NCBI RefSeq assembly: GCF_056712565.1
Contig: NZ_CM160072.1
Direction: 5' to 3' (one strand)
DNA length: 64,000 nucleotides
Shown here: positions 1 through 9,588 of the stretch, in pieces
Position numbering within the stretch: the first letter of the stretch is position 1
Layout of the letters: each line of letters opens with the position of its first letter
The notes under the pieces: model-generated
Databases searched by the model: none
Told to the model about the DNA's origin: nothing
Seen by the model: the letters and a program-made list of their open reading frames with translations, nothing else
Made by a program: the position numbers and the translations under genes

Positions 1-357
1 ACCGTCTTTCCGGTTTTCTTCCGACAGACCGAACTGATGCACGCTGGCAATTTTCGGTGACTTCCCGCCGTAAAACTCCATTGATGCCTGTTCCGGGCTG
101 GCGCGGATATGCAAAAAACGACTGGTGATAAGTTTCGCAAACATTTTTCGCTTAACGCGACCGGTCTTTTTTCTGGCGCTCTGCTGCTGGCGTGGTGCGT
201 AGGGTGTGCCGTCCGGGGCTTTCTGTGCCATCACCCGGCGCTGCTGACTCTGCCGCAGACGTTTCGCCAGTTCGGAGCTCAGTCGCCGACGCCCTGACGG
301 TGACAGCGATTCAGTCAGTCCGGTCAGCCGGTCTTCAAAACGCTTAAACTCATTCAT
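1..357 (-). CDS. S: P2 tail completion protein S, N-terminal 119 codons only (3' end lies beyond window start)
   Basis: Own translation of minus strand from ATG at 357-355: MNEFKRFEDRLTGLTESLSPSG...; ATGAATGA overlap with stop of R; not in ORF track because truncated. Confidence 0.7.
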   Translation of the reverse strand, partial: MNEFKRFEDRLTGLTESLSPSGRRRLSSELAKRLRQSQQRRVMAQKAPDGTPYAPRQQQSARKKTGRVKRKMFAKLITSRFLHIRASPEQASMEFYGGKSPKIASVHQFGLSEENRKDG

Positions 358-817
358 CCCACTTACTCACCAGTTCGCCATTGATATAAAGCTCCATCGG
401 GCGGGTGACCGGCTCCGGCGGCGGAGGTTCCGGGATATTCTTCACATGCAGCGCACCGTCAACCTCACTGACCAGCGTGCGCTCGGTCAGCATCAGGCTG
501 ATGCTGATATCAAAGCTGCTGTCATTGTTGATGTCCGCATAAAACGTGAAGCCCTTTTTCTGGCCTTCGTCGGTGGTCATGATGTCGGGCTGATTTTCCC
601 GCAGCCACGCCAGCACCGGCACGATGAGCAGGTCAAAATCACCGGTAAAGTCGGTCACAATGACATTGAGCGTGTAACGCTTTTCGAATGACAGCGACGT
701 CGCCAGTGTGGAGGCAATACTCCCGTTATCCACGAATATCCGCAGCATATCGGGGTTAGTTTTCAGCACCGTGACGGCATCAGTCAGCGCCCTGCGCAGG
801 CTGTCGGGTTTGAGCAT
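350..817 (-). CDS. R: P2 tail completion protein R
   Basis: 155-aa ORF, position between lysis genes and S as in P2. Confidence 0.85.
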   Translation of the reverse strand: MLKPDSLRRALTDAVTVLKTNPDMLRIFVDNGSIASTLATSLSFEKRYTLNVIVTDFTGDFDLLIVPVLAWLRENQPDIMTTDEGQKKGFTFYADINNDSSFDISISLMLTERTLVSEVDGALHVKNIPEPPPPEPVTRPMELYINGELVSKWDE

Positions 818-1070
818 CGTTTTCGTCCTGACAGTGTTTAATCATTTTTACCTGGCTGGCACAGCGTGCCAGCGCGTTCTCAAGCTGCCGGATATCGGCA
901 CTTAAATCGCCGTTCGTCTGCGGGTCACTGCCCGGCATCGGGCAAAGGCTCACTTTCGGGCAGGCGTTGGCGACAATCACTGGCGTCAGTGCAGGCCGGA
1001 CGCTGGTGCAACCGGCGCACAGCATCAGGCAGGTCAGCGCCATACCAGCGGCGAAAATCCTCGTTTTCAT
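780..1070 (-). CDS. lysC: LysC, Rz1-like outer-membrane lipoprotein spanin, embedded out of frame in lysB
   Basis: Internal ATG at 1070 gives 96 aa MKTRIFAAGMALTCLMLCAGC... with lipobox LCAGC; nested in +1 frame within lysB. Confidence 0.6.
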   Translation of the reverse strand: MKTRIFAAGMALTCLMLCAGCTSVRPALTPVIVANACPKVSLCPMPGSDPQTNGDLSADIRQLENALARCASQVKMIKHCQDENDAQTRQPAQGAD

Positions 1071-1350
1071 TAAGTAACCTCGTGATGGTTTTCTCGCGCT
1101 GTGCTTCACGTTTCGCGGCGTTCTCCAGTTCCTGACGCAGTGCCACCTGCGCCAGCTCGTTTTTGTCTGCCCTGGTAAGGGCAACATGAAGCTGGTTTTT
1201 CAGCATGGTGATGGTCGTCTGCTGTTCACTGGCGACGTTGTTCGCCCTGTCCAGCGAGGCGCGCAGGCTGGCATTTTTATGTTTCACCAGAAACAGACCG
1301 GCCACCGCCAGCGATAACAACACGACCAGCACAATCATCAGCTTTGACAT
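925..1350 (-). CDS. lysB: LysB, Rz-like inner-membrane spanin
   Basis: 141 aa, N-terminal TM helix then coiled-coil-like region; P2 position. Confidence 0.8.
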   Translation of the reverse strand: MSKLMIVLVVLLSLAVAGLFLVKHKNASLRASLDRANNVASEQQTTITMLKNQLHVALTRADKNELAQVALRQELENAAKREAQREKTITRLLNENEDFRRWYGADLPDAVRRLHQRPACTDASDCRQRLPESEPLPDAGQ

Positions 1351-1763
1351 AGTTCCCGCCCCTCAAGACGCTGACGACAGGCTTTACGTATCAGCCGGAA
1401 AAACAGCGACGCCACAAGATAAATCAGCGCGGTAAAAATCCACCCGGCAGCGACCAGCGAGATAAACGTCGCCACCATCACCACCAGAGCCGCCGCCCGT
1501 CTGCGCCACGGCACCGGCTGCAAAAACAGCGACGTGACAATCTTCACGGCCAGCGATTCCGGCGGCAGCTCCCGCCCGTAGCGTTCCAGCACATACTCCG
1601 TGGCATACACGCCGACACCACCGGCAACCACACAGATAACCGTCGCCAGAATCGCCCAGGTGGCGACAAAACTGACGGCCACGCTCTGCGGGTAAATCAG
1701 GGACAGTGCCAGCATCAGCGCCAGCGACACGTTCAGCATCAGTGAAAGGGATAATTTCTTCAT
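1338..1763 (-). CDS. lysA: LysA lysis-timing membrane protein
   Basis: 141 aa polytopic hydrophobic protein directly downstream of endolysin K. Confidence 0.8.
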   Translation of the reverse strand: MKKLSLSLMLNVSLALMLALSLIYPQSVAVSFVATWAILATVICVVAGGVGVYATEYVLERYGRELPPESLAVKIVTSLFLQPVPWRRRAAALVVMVATFISLVAAGWIFTALIYLVASLFFRLIRKACRQRLEGRELCQS

Positions 1764-1777
1764 GGTGTTTACTCCGT

Positions 1778-2275
1778 TTAAGCCGGTACGCCGCCAGCGG
1801 TACGCCAGACGGTGACCAGTTTTTCCAGTGAATGCTCACGCTGACCGTAACCGGCACCCGGCAGGGACGCCCAGATATTGCGACAGCGTGAAATGGCGCG
1901 CTCAATACGTCCCGCCCGGACGTCATCCAGTGCACCGCGTTCGCGGATCAACTGAATGGCAAGTCTGTCCTGTGACAACGGACTGAAATCCGGCAGGGCA
2001 AGCTGTTTGCGGTAATGCGGCCAGAACAGGTAAAGCTGCTGATAGCGACCGGAGGCCGTGGATTTTTCACCGCGACGGTTAAACACCTTCGCCGGTCGGC
2101 CATGCGCGAACGGGTGGTCACTGTAGTCGGTGAAAATTTCCGGCTTTCCGTCCAGTCCGGTGACTATCACGTCATAGCCCCGGTTTTTCGTCAGCGGATG
2201 GTTCGCCGTCCCTTCGGACACTGCCAGCATGTCGAGAAAGGCGGCGATATTCTGATGCGTGTTAATTACCGGCAT
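1778..2275 (-). CDS. K: Endolysin (P2 gpK lysozyme-like)
   Basis: 165 aa, start overlaps holin stop (ATGA). Confidence 0.85.
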   Translation of the reverse strand: MPVINTHQNIAAFLDMLAVSEGTANHPLTKNRGYDVIVTGLDGKPEIFTDYSDHPFAHGRPAKVFNRRGEKSTASGRYQQLYLFWPHYRKQLALPDFSPLSQDRLAIQLIRERGALDDVRAGRIERAISRCRNIWASLPGAGYGQREHSLEKLVTVWRTAGGVPA

Positions 2276-2556
2276 TACGGTTTCCCCCTGCCCTTAAAGC
2301 GGCGCTGAATGGCAATCTCAATCACCTGATAACCGGCGATACCCAGCATGGAGCCGATGCCGCACACCGCAGGCAGTGACAGGTCAGGAAACTGCACCAG
2401 AACAACACCGGCAACCATCGAGACAAAACCACCGAGCAACATGCGCCCGATAAACAGACGCGGGGTGATGGGTTCACCACCGGCAAGCACCTTGCCGACA
2501 ACAATCAGCACCCCAATCATGAAAAGCGACAGGACGCTTTTTTCTTCTGCTGTCAT
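2275..2556 (-). CDS. Y: Holin (P2 gpY)
   Basis: 93 aa with hydrophobic TM segments, upstream of endolysin. Confidence 0.85.
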   Translation of the reverse strand: MTAEEKSVLSLFMIGVLIVVGKVLAGGEPITPRLFIGRMLLGGFVSMVAGVVLVQFPDLSLPAVCGIGSMLGIAGYQVIEIAIQRRFKGRGKP

Positions 2557-2559
2557 GCG

Positions 2560-2763
2560 TTACTCCCACAGATTGACAGTTTCAGCCACGGGCGCGGTCT
2601 GAACGTCGGGCAGTTCGACGGCGGAGCCATGTGGCAGCACCGCACCCAGTTCAGCCAGTCCCGGATTTGCGGCGAGCACGGTCTCAACCACGCCCTCAGT
2701 GCGCCCGTAATACCGGACACAAATGGCGTCGAGCGTGTCGCCCTGTAGCGCAAAGGTCTTCAT
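2560..2763 (-). CDS. X: P2 gpX tail protein
   Basis: 67 aa from ATG at 2763 (MKTFALQGDTLDAICVRYYG...), ATGA overlap with L stop. Confidence 0.75.
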   Translation of the reverse strand: MKTFALQGDTLDAICVRYYGRTEGVVETVLAANPGLAELGAVLPHGSAVELPDVQTAPVAETVNLWE

Positions 2764-3272
2764 CAGATTTGACTCACGATGCAGCGCGGCTTGTCCTGGA
2801 TGCGCGCCGCTGCCCAGCGCATATCCCGCCACAGCTCATCAATGGTGCTGTCAATGCTGTCGGCCTTCTTGTCTCCTTTCGCACTGGCATCCACGCCGCG
2901 GTAACGCTCATAAAGCGACGCGGTCGCCATCGCACACACGGCGCGCTCGTAGTAAAAAACTTTGATACTTTCACCGTCGATATCGTCCGCCGGAACGTCC
3001 GCCAGACGCGTAAAACCGGCGGCAATTTTCTGTTCGCGGTACTCGTACAGCTCCGCATTTGTTTCCGCCATGCCTGACTTGATGGCCTCACGCAGACGGG
3101 CGGGGGCGACGGTCTGCTCAAGGCGCATACGTTCCCGGACGCGCTTCGGGTCGATATCGGGAAAAAAGAACGTGTTTTTAATCACCGGCTCGTCGCCTGC
3201 CGGTTGCGGGATGACCACCGTACCCTCACCGGACACGGGAGCCTCCTTTCGCGGAATAATCAGCGTCATCAT
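2763..3272 (-). CDS. L: Head completion/stabilisation protein (P2 gpL)
   Basis: 169 aa from ATG at 3272 (MMTLIIPRKEAPVSGEG...). Confidence 0.85.
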   Translation of the reverse strand: MMTLIIPRKEAPVSGEGTVVIPQPAGDEPVIKNTFFFPDIDPKRVRERMRLEQTVAPARLREAIKSGMAETNAELYEYREQKIAAGFTRLADVPADDIDGESIKVFYYERAVCAMATASLYERYRGVDASAKGDKKADSIDSTIDELWRDMRWAAARIQDKPRCIVSQI

Positions 3273-3371
3273 GACTACCTCTGAAAAGTCGGGCGGTGGA
3301 CGCCGGTGCAGTGTCAGGTGATTCACCCTCACTGACCGGCGTGCCGCCCTGGCGCGGGGCGCATTCGGTTG

Positions 3372-4115
3372 TTAACTGGCTTTCTTTTTCGGGCGTCCAC
3401 GTTTTGCCGGTGTCACGCTCCGGGTCTTACGCGTGGCACGGGTGGCCGCTTTGGGTTGCGGCTCCGGCTTAGGTTTCAGCTCCCGCTCCAGTCGCTCAAT
3501 CTCTTTTTTGACGCCTGCCTGACAGTCGAGCTGTGTCGCACGTTGCAGGTGAGCCAGCGCACCGGCGGCATCACCACCGTCACGCAGAAACAGACCGGTG
3601 ATTTTGTGCAGCTTTGCGCGCACTTCATCAGGCATGTCAGCAGCGGCAGTCAGTTCAAGGGTCTCCGTCAGCAGGCGGGTATCCACAGACTCACCGGCCG
3701 CGTGGGCGCGCATGGCCGCGAGCGCGACCTCCTCGGTGAACATATACGGCGGGGTGCGGCGGTGTTTACCCGGCATGGTCAGACCGTATTTCAGGGCATA
3801 ACGGGCAATCTCCAGCGCACCGGCAATATCGCCGGTATCCAGACGCCACAGCATGACCGTCATCAGAATGTCATCCTGTGCGCCTTTGCCCTGCTCCAGC
3901 ACGCCGTTCACCCACGGCAACCAGAACGGCAGCAGTTCGCGCTTTTTCGCGGCCTTCAGCTCTTTTGAATAAATCGCTTTCAGTGTGCGCTGGTCTGCGG
4001 CCAGCTTGACCAGCATCTGCTCATAGACAGTTGCATGTCGCAGCGGGGCGGCTTCCCGCTGCGCGGTCATCGCTGCCGAGACCCGCATCATGTGGCGCTG
4101 TGCGGGACTCGTCAT
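3372..4115 (-). CDS. M: Terminase small (endonuclease) subunit (P2 gpM)
   Basis: 247 aa, between L and N as in P2. Confidence 0.85.
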   Translation of the reverse strand: MTSPAQRHMMRVSAAMTAQREAAPLRHATVYEQMLVKLAADQRTLKAIYSKELKAAKKRELLPFWLPWVNGVLEQGKGAQDDILMTVMLWRLDTGDIAGALEIARYALKYGLTMPGKHRRTPPYMFTEEVALAAMRAHAAGESVDTRLLTETLELTAAADMPDEVRAKLHKITGLFLRDGGDAAGALAHLQRATQLDCQAGVKKEIERLERELKPKPEPQPKAATRATRKTRSVTPAKRGRPKKKAS

Positions 4116-4118
4116 CGG

Positions 4119-5192
4119 TTACGCTCCCGGCTCTGCGGTCGCCTTAGCCGGTGTGGAGAAATCACCGACCTTAATTTTTTCCACCAGACAACCGGCGGCG
4201 TAGTCTTCCACCACGTAATCAATGTTCATTGACTCGTAGTTCTCCACGCGGTCGAGTTTCGGGTTTTCCACAATCACGCGGCGATGGCTGTCATCCATGT
4301 AGTAGATGGACAGGTTTTCCAGCTTCGTGATGAGCATCGCATCCGCCGGGAAGTACGGGACGCGTACCGCCGGCAGGTTACCGATGCGTTTCTGGCTGAT
4401 GATGACGTCAGCGGCCAGCATTTCGCTGTTGTCCTGCTCCTTGTTAACGATGGGGAAATACTTGTCCGCCAGTAGCTGACGCCCCACAATCACCACAAGG
4501 TCAGGGTCTTCCTGATACCACGGTTCAATCAGGTTGTTGGTCGCATCCATCACCAGTGCATCAAGGCTGGCATAATCACCGCCCTTACCCACGCGGATGA
4601 CCTCAGAGGTCGTGTGACCTTCCTCGTCAGTGACCTTGCTCATCACACGCGCCGGGGCTTCATTGCGGTATTTCTGCAGCCAGCCGACCGCCACATCCTG
4701 CAACATCGGATTACTGTTGCGGTCAGAGGTTTCTGCACGCTTCACGCCGTTAAAACCGGCCATGATGAAATCAAGGGACTGGCGTTTGATAATGGCGTTA
4801 CGGATACGGAGCTGGAAATCCTGATAACGCGCCCACAGGTCCAGCGTTTTGTAGCGGATATAAAAATCGAAGTTAATCTGGTCGCATTCGTACTTGTTAG
4901 ACGCCAGCTTCGAGAAGTCCTTCGGCTGACGCTCGGTGCCACCGGCGGTGTCGGTGGTGCTGGCGATGGAGCCGGTGACACCGATACCAATTTTTTCCCC
5001 TTTCATTTCGCTGACCGGCACAATGTTGATGCGGGTCAGAAAGTCAGAGGACTCCTGCATGGTGTTCATCAGGGTCTGGGTGACCGACGGTTCAACGGTG
5101 AATTTTTTCGACACATCACCGGCGTCGATGCCGTTCAGCTCGGCAACACGGGACAGGTAGGCATTAAATTTAAAGCGGGTTTCCTGGCGCAT
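4119..5192 (-). CDS. N: Major capsid protein (P2 gpN)
   Basis: 357 aa, P2 gpN length and position. Confidence 0.9.
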   Translation of the reverse strand: MRQETRFKFNAYLSRVAELNGIDAGDVSKKFTVEPSVTQTLMNTMQESSDFLTRINIVPVSEMKGEKIGIGVTGSIASTTDTAGGTERQPKDFSKLASNKYECDQINFDFYIRYKTLDLWARYQDFQLRIRNAIIKRQSLDFIMAGFNGVKRAETSDRNSNPMLQDVAVGWLQKYRNEAPARVMSKVTDEEGHTTSEVIRVGKGGDYASLDALVMDATNNLIEPWYQEDPDLVVIVGRQLLADKYFPIVNKEQDNSEMLAADVIISQKRIGNLPAVRVPYFPADAMLITKLENLSIYYMDDSHRRVIVENPKLDRVENYESMNIDYVVEDYAAGCLVEKIKVGDFSTPAKATAEPGA

Positions 5193-5250
5193 AGTTTTTC
5201 CTGAAATTAAGGGTTAATCGTGAAGGTTTTCCCGGACTGACTGACGCCGG

Positions 5251-6105
5251 TCAGCAGTTCGTCATCAGGGCGTCACCGCCACCACCGGTGGCCTTGCTGC
5301 GGCGCTGCTGGGTCAGACTTTCGGTGTGGTCGAGACTGTTTTTCAGGCGGGTGAATGCCTGGCTGGTTTCATCCGCCCTGTCAGTCACCTCCTGCTTAAG
5401 TGCGGAAAAGGCGGTTTCCATCTCAGCGAGGCGCTGCTCAGTGGCGCTCAGTTTTTCCTGCACATGTTCAGCAACAGCGGTCACCGCTTCATGCACGTCA
5501 TTCAGACGGGCATCATCGCTGGCCTGTTTGCGGCCAAAAATGGACTTCACCTTTTCGGTCAGGACGGTGAACACTGTTTCAGGCAGGTCTTCAAATTCCA
5601 GCTCAACAGGCGTTGCCACTGAAATCAGGTTTTCAGGGCTTAATTTGAAGCGGTTCAGGGGGTTGTGTTTTGCCGTGCGGCAGAATTCCAGGTATTCCGT
5701 GCCGAGGCTTGCCGGGTCATCGGTGACGGCCAGACCCACCAGATAACATTTGCCGGTGTTGGCAAAGTTCGGCTGAATTTCCATTGAGGTGTAGACCTTC
5801 TGCGCGGCCTTGTTCATCGCGATAAGGTCATCGGTCGGGGTGATTTTCGCAAACAGCGCCCATTTGCCTTTCAGCGCCGAATCATCGTCAATCTTTTCGG
5901 CCTTAAGTTCGGCCACATCGCCATAACGTTTAAAAATACCGTCAGGCAGGATGCCGCGCAGATGTTCCAGGTTAATGCGGCAACCGTAGACACGCGGGTC
6001 AAAGGTTTCAGCCATTTCCTGAATATCCTGCGCACTGATGACACGCCCGTCACAGGTGTCACCCTCAACGCCGATACGAAAGAATTTTGAGACTTTTTTT
6101 GCCAT
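5251..6105 (-). CDS. O: Capsid scaffolding protein (P2 gpO)
   Basis: 284 aa from ATG at 6105 (MAKKVSKFFRIGVEGDTCDGRV...); ORF track start is further upstream. Confidence 0.85.
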   Translation of the reverse strand: MAKKVSKFFRIGVEGDTCDGRVISAQDIQEMAETFDPRVYGCRINLEHLRGILPDGIFKRYGDVAELKAEKIDDDSALKGKWALFAKITPTDDLIAMNKAAQKVYTSMEIQPNFANTGKCYLVGLAVTDDPASLGTEYLEFCRTAKHNPLNRFKLSPENLISVATPVELEFEDLPETVFTVLTEKVKSIFGRKQASDDARLNDVHEAVTAVAEHVQEKLSATEQRLAEMETAFSALKQEVTDRADETSQAFTRLKNSLDHTESLTQQRRSKATGGGGDALMTNC

Positions 6106-6278
6106 TGTCAGGAGTCCTGAATAGTGATTAGAGGAGTCACATGTCGGCATCAGTTTCCCGACGATGCGCATCCTCCGCCATCAGTCCCGGATGGCTTATC
6201 ACTGACACAACAGCACCTTAGCGAATCGCAGGGCGCGACTCAGTAGCCTTGCCGTGTATTCATCACGGCGAGGTATTC
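6106..6278. promoter_or_regulatory. Divergent late-promoter region between O and P (P2 PO/PP, Ogr-activated in P2)
   Basis: Position only; a clean TGT-N12-ACA activator site could not be identified by eye. Confidence 0.35.
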
Positions 6279-8051
6279 ATGACCATCACCACAGACACCA
6301 CTCTTTTACACGACCCGCGTCGTCAGGCGGCGCTGCTGTACTGGCAGGGATTTTCCGTGCCGCAGATTGCCGCCATGTTGCAGATGAAACGCCCGACAGT
6401 GCAGAGCTGGAAACAGCGCGACGGCTGGGACAACGTTGCCCCCATCAGCCGTGTCGAAATGAGCCTGGAAGCGCGGCTGACCCAGCTCATCATCAAACCG
6501 CAGAAAACCGGCGGTGACTTCAAGGAAATTGACCTGCTGGGACGCCAGATTGAACGACTGGCACGGGTAAATCGTTACAGCCAGACCGGCAACGAGGCAG
6601 ACCTTAATCCGAACGTCGCTAACCGCAACAAAGGCGGGCGGCGCAAACCGAAAAAAAATTTTTTCAGTGACGAGGCCATCGAAAAGCTGGAGCAGATTTT
6701 CTTTGAGCAGTCTTTCGACTATCAGTTGCACTGGTATCGCGCCGGGCTTGAGCACCGCATCCGCGATATCCTGAAATCCCGCCAGATTGGCGCGACGTTT
6801 TATTTTTCCCGCGAGGCGCTGCTGCGCGCCCTGAAAACCGGCCATAACCAGATTTTTCTGTCGGCCAGTAAAACGCAGGCGTATGTGTTCCGCGAATACA
6901 TCATCGCCTTTGCCCGGCTGGTTGACGTTGACCTGACCGGTGACCCGATTGTCCTGGGCAATAACGGCGCAAAACTGATTTTTCTCGGCACCAACTCCAA
7001 CACCGCACAGAGCCATAACGGCGACCTGTACGTCGACGAGATTTTCTGGATCCCGAATTTTCAGGTACTGCGTAAGGTGGCATCAGGTATGGCCTCACAG
7101 AGTCACCTGCGCTCGACCTATTTCTCCACCCCGTCCACGCTGGCGCACGACGCCTACCCGTTCTGGTCAGGTGAACTGTTCAACCGGGGACGCGCCAGCG
7201 CCGCCGAACGCGTGGAAATCGACGTCAGTCATAACGCCCTTGCCGGTGGGCTTCTCTGTGCGGACGGCCAGTGGCGGCAGATTGTCACCATTGAGGACGC
7301 CCTGAAAGGTGGCTGCACGCTGTTCGACATTGAACAGCTCAAACGCGAAAACAGCGCCGACGATTTTAAAAACCTGTTCATGTGTGAATTTGTTGACGAC
7401 AAGGCGTCGGTGTTCCCGTTCGAGGAGCTGCAACGCTGCATGGTCGACACGCTGGAAGAATGGGAAGACTATGCGCCGTTTGCCGCCAATCCGTTCGGCT
7501 CCCGCCCGGTCTGGATTGGTTACGACCCGTCACACCGTGGCGACAGCGCCGGATGCGTGGTACTGGCACCGCCGGTGGTGGCCGGTGGCAAATTCAGAAT
7601 ACTTGAGCGTCACCAGTGGAAAGGCATGGACTTTGCCACTCAGGCGGAATCCATCCGCAAACTCACCGAAAAATACAACGTCGAATACATCGGTATTGAT
7701 GCCACCGGCCTCGGTGTCGGCGTGTTCCAGCTCGTGCGCTCGTTCTATCCCGCCGCGCGCGATATCCGCTACACGCCGGAAATGAAAACCGCAATGGTGC
7801 TCAAGGCAAAAGACGTCATCCGCCGTGGCTGTCTGGAATATGACGTCAGCGCCACCGACATCACCAGCTCGTTTATGGCTATCCGCAAGACCATGACCAG
7901 CAGCGGACGCAGCGCCACTTATGAGGCCAGCCGCAGCGAGGAAGCCAGCCACGCCGACCTCGCCTGGGCGACCATGCACGCCCTGTTAAATGAGCCACTC
8001 ACCGCCGGTATCAGCACCCCGCTGACATCCACCATTCTGGAGTTTTACTGA
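6279..8051 (+). CDS. P: Terminase large (ATPase) subunit (P2 gpP)
   Basis: 590 aa from ATG at 6279 preceded by GAGGT; MTITTDTTLLHDPRRQAALLYWQG... Confidence 0.9.
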   Translation: MTITTDTTLLHDPRRQAALLYWQGFSVPQIAAMLQMKRPTVQSWKQRDGWDNVAPISRVEMSLEARLTQLIIKPQKTGGDFKEIDLLGRQIERLARVNRYSQTGNEADLNPNVANRNKGGRRKPKKNFFSDEAIEKLEQIFFEQSFDYQLHWYRAGLEHRIRDILKSRQIGATFYFSREALLRALKTGHNQIFLSASKTQAYVFREYIIAFARLVDVDLTGDPIVLGNNGAKLIFLGTNSNTAQSHNGDLYVDEIFWIPNFQVLRKVASGMASQSHLRSTYFSTPSTLAHDAYPFWSGELFNRGRASAAERVEIDVSHNALAGGLLCADGQWRQIVTIEDALKGGCTLFDIEQLKRENSADDFKNLFMCEFVDDKASVFPFEELQRCMVDTLEEWEDYAPFAANPFGSRPVWIGYDPSHRGDSAGCVVLAPPVVAGGKFRILERHQWKGMDFATQAESIRKLTEKYNVEYIGIDATGLGVGVFQLVRSFYPAARDIRYTPEMKTAMVLKAKDVIRRGCLEYDVSATDITSSFMAIRKTMTSSGRSATYEASRSEEASHADLAWATMHALLNEPLTAGISTPLTSTILEFY

Positions 8052-9085
8052 TGAGCAAGAAAAAAGGGAAAACACCGCAACCTGCGGCAAAAAAAATGAC
8101 CGCCAGCGCCCCGAAAATGGAGGCATTCACCTTTGGTGAGCCGGTGCCGGTACTCGACCGCCGTGACATTCTGGATTACGTCGAGTGCATCAGTAACGGC
8201 AGATGGTATGAGCCGCCGGTCAGCTTTACCGGTCTGGCGAAAAGCCTGCGTGCTGCCGTGCATCACAGCTCACCGATTTACGTTAAACGCAATATTCTGG
8301 CCTCGACATTTATCCCGCATCCGTGGCTTTCGCAACAGGATTTCAGCCGCTTTGTGCTGGATTTTCTGGTGTTCGGTAATGCGTTTCTGGAAAAGCGTTA
8401 CAGCACCACCGGTAAGATCATCAGACTGGAAACCTCACCGGCAAAATATACCCGCCGTGGCGTGGAGGAGGATGTTTACTGGTGGGTGCCGTCCTTCAAC
8501 GAGCCGACACCTTTCGCGCCCGGTTCCGTGTTTCACCTGCTGGAGCCGGATATTAATCAGGAGCTGTACGGCCTGCCGGAATATCTCAGCGCCCTTAACT
8601 CTGCCTGGCTGAATGAGTCGGCCACGCTGTTCCGCCGCAAGTATTACGAAAACGGCGCGCATGCCGGATACATCATGTACGTCACCGATGCCGTGCAGGA
8701 CCGCAACGATATCGAAATGCTTCGCGAAAACATGGTGAAGTCGAAAGGCCGCAATAACTTTAAAAACCTGTTTCTCTATGCCCCACAGGGGAAAGCCGAC
8801 GGCATTAAAATTATCCCGCTCAGTGAAGTGGCGACGAAGGACGATTTTTTTAATATCAAAAAAGCCAGCGCCGTTGACCTGCTGGATGCGCACCGCATCC
8901 CCTTTCAGTTGATGGGCGGCAAGCCGGAAAACGTCGGGTCTCTGGGTGATATTGAGAAAGTGGCAAAGGTCTTTGTCCGCAATGAACTTATCCCGCTACA
9001 GGACAGGATTCGGGAAATAAACGGCTGGCTCGGTCAGGAGGTCATCCGCTTTAAAAACTACTCACTGGACACTGACAACGGCTGA
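8051..9085 (+). CDS. Q: Portal protein (P2 gpQ)
   Basis: 344 aa, ATGA overlap with P stop. Confidence 0.9.
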   Translation: MSKKKGKTPQPAAKKMTASAPKMEAFTFGEPVPVLDRRDILDYVECISNGRWYEPPVSFTGLAKSLRAAVHHSSPIYVKRNILASTFIPHPWLSQQDFSRFVLDFLVFGNAFLEKRYSTTGKIIRLETSPAKYTRRGVEEDVYWWVPSFNEPTPFAPGSVFHLLEPDINQELYGLPEYLSALNSAWLNESATLFRRKYYENGAHAGYIMYVTDAVQDRNDIEMLRENMVKSKGRNNFKNLFLYAPQGKADGIKIIPLSEVATKDDFFNIKKASAVDLLDAHRIPFQLMGGKPENVGSLGDIEKVAKVFVRNELIPLQDRIREINGWLGQEVIRFKNYSLDTDNG

Positions 9086-9090
9086 ACATC

Positions 9091-9112
9091 GCCGCCTGCG
9101 GGCGGCTTTTTT
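9091..9112 (+). terminator. Rho-independent terminator after Q
   Basis: GCCGCC-tgcg-GGCGGC hairpin followed by TTTTTT. Confidence 0.7.
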
Positions 9113-9254
9113 ACACCCCGTCATCACGCCCTCACACGCTCACCACCGCACAAAACACCCCGCAGACACACCAGCGCCTCAACGGGCAGACTAAGCGCCG
9201 TCACGACGCGCTGAGACGCTGAAAAAATAAAATCAGCACCACCGCCAGCGCGCA

Positions 9255-9273
9255 GTGCTTTCCCCGCCTCGCC
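9255..9273. other. P2 cos site (19-nt cohesive-end sequence)
   Basis: gtgctttccccgcctcgcc is the reverse complement of GGCGAGGCGGGGAAAGCAC, the P2 cohesive end as I recall it; about 170 nt downstream of Q as in P2. Confidence 0.6.
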
Positions 9274-9466
9274 CGCCCGCTTCATGGGGCGGTTTTAATG
9301 CAGTTGCATGATGAAACTGAAATCACATCAGCACTGACCGAAACTGACAAAAAGAATAGTATCTGACACATGCAAAAACACGCACTTAATATACGCCTAT
9401 CTATAGCTCCTACAGGATTGTCAAAAAACGACCAACTCGTCATAGCGTAAACACATTTGGCTCAAC

Positions 9467-9565
9467 GAACACTTACGTTATATGCCTCTTGAACATATCA
9501 AAGTCTTAAGGTAGATCTTTACCACTAAGTGGCTATATTAAGCTGCTTTTTTACATACAATAAAA
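9467..9565 (+). promoter_or_regulatory. Putative promoter region of the cargo gene (AT-rich; candidate -10 TATATT 9534-9539 or TACAAT 9556-9561)
   Basis: AT-rich upstream region with -10-like hexamers; no convincing -35; SD GAGG at 9578-9581. Confidence 0.25.
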
Positions 9566-9588
9566 GCTTTATCGTATGAGGCATAAAA

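Noticed and set aside
109-297. 62-aa plus-strand ORF
   Set aside because: Lies antisense within the P2 gpS coding region; no SD; GC-rich antisense frame artefact.
1384-1935. 183-aa minus-strand ORF spanning lysA/K
   Set aside because: Alternative frame overlapping two well-supported P2 lysis genes; no P2 counterpart.
3369-3968. 199-aa plus-strand ORF
   Set aside because: Antisense to terminase small subunit gene M; typical long antisense ORF in GC-rich coding DNA.
4614-5204. 196-aa plus-strand ORF
   Set aside because: Antisense to major capsid gene N.
6306-7016. 236-aa minus-strand ORF
   Set aside because: Antisense to terminase large subunit gene P.
9299-9364. 21-codon ORF upstream of the cargo gene
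   Set aside because: No ribosome-binding site; too short and unsupported to call as a partner gene.
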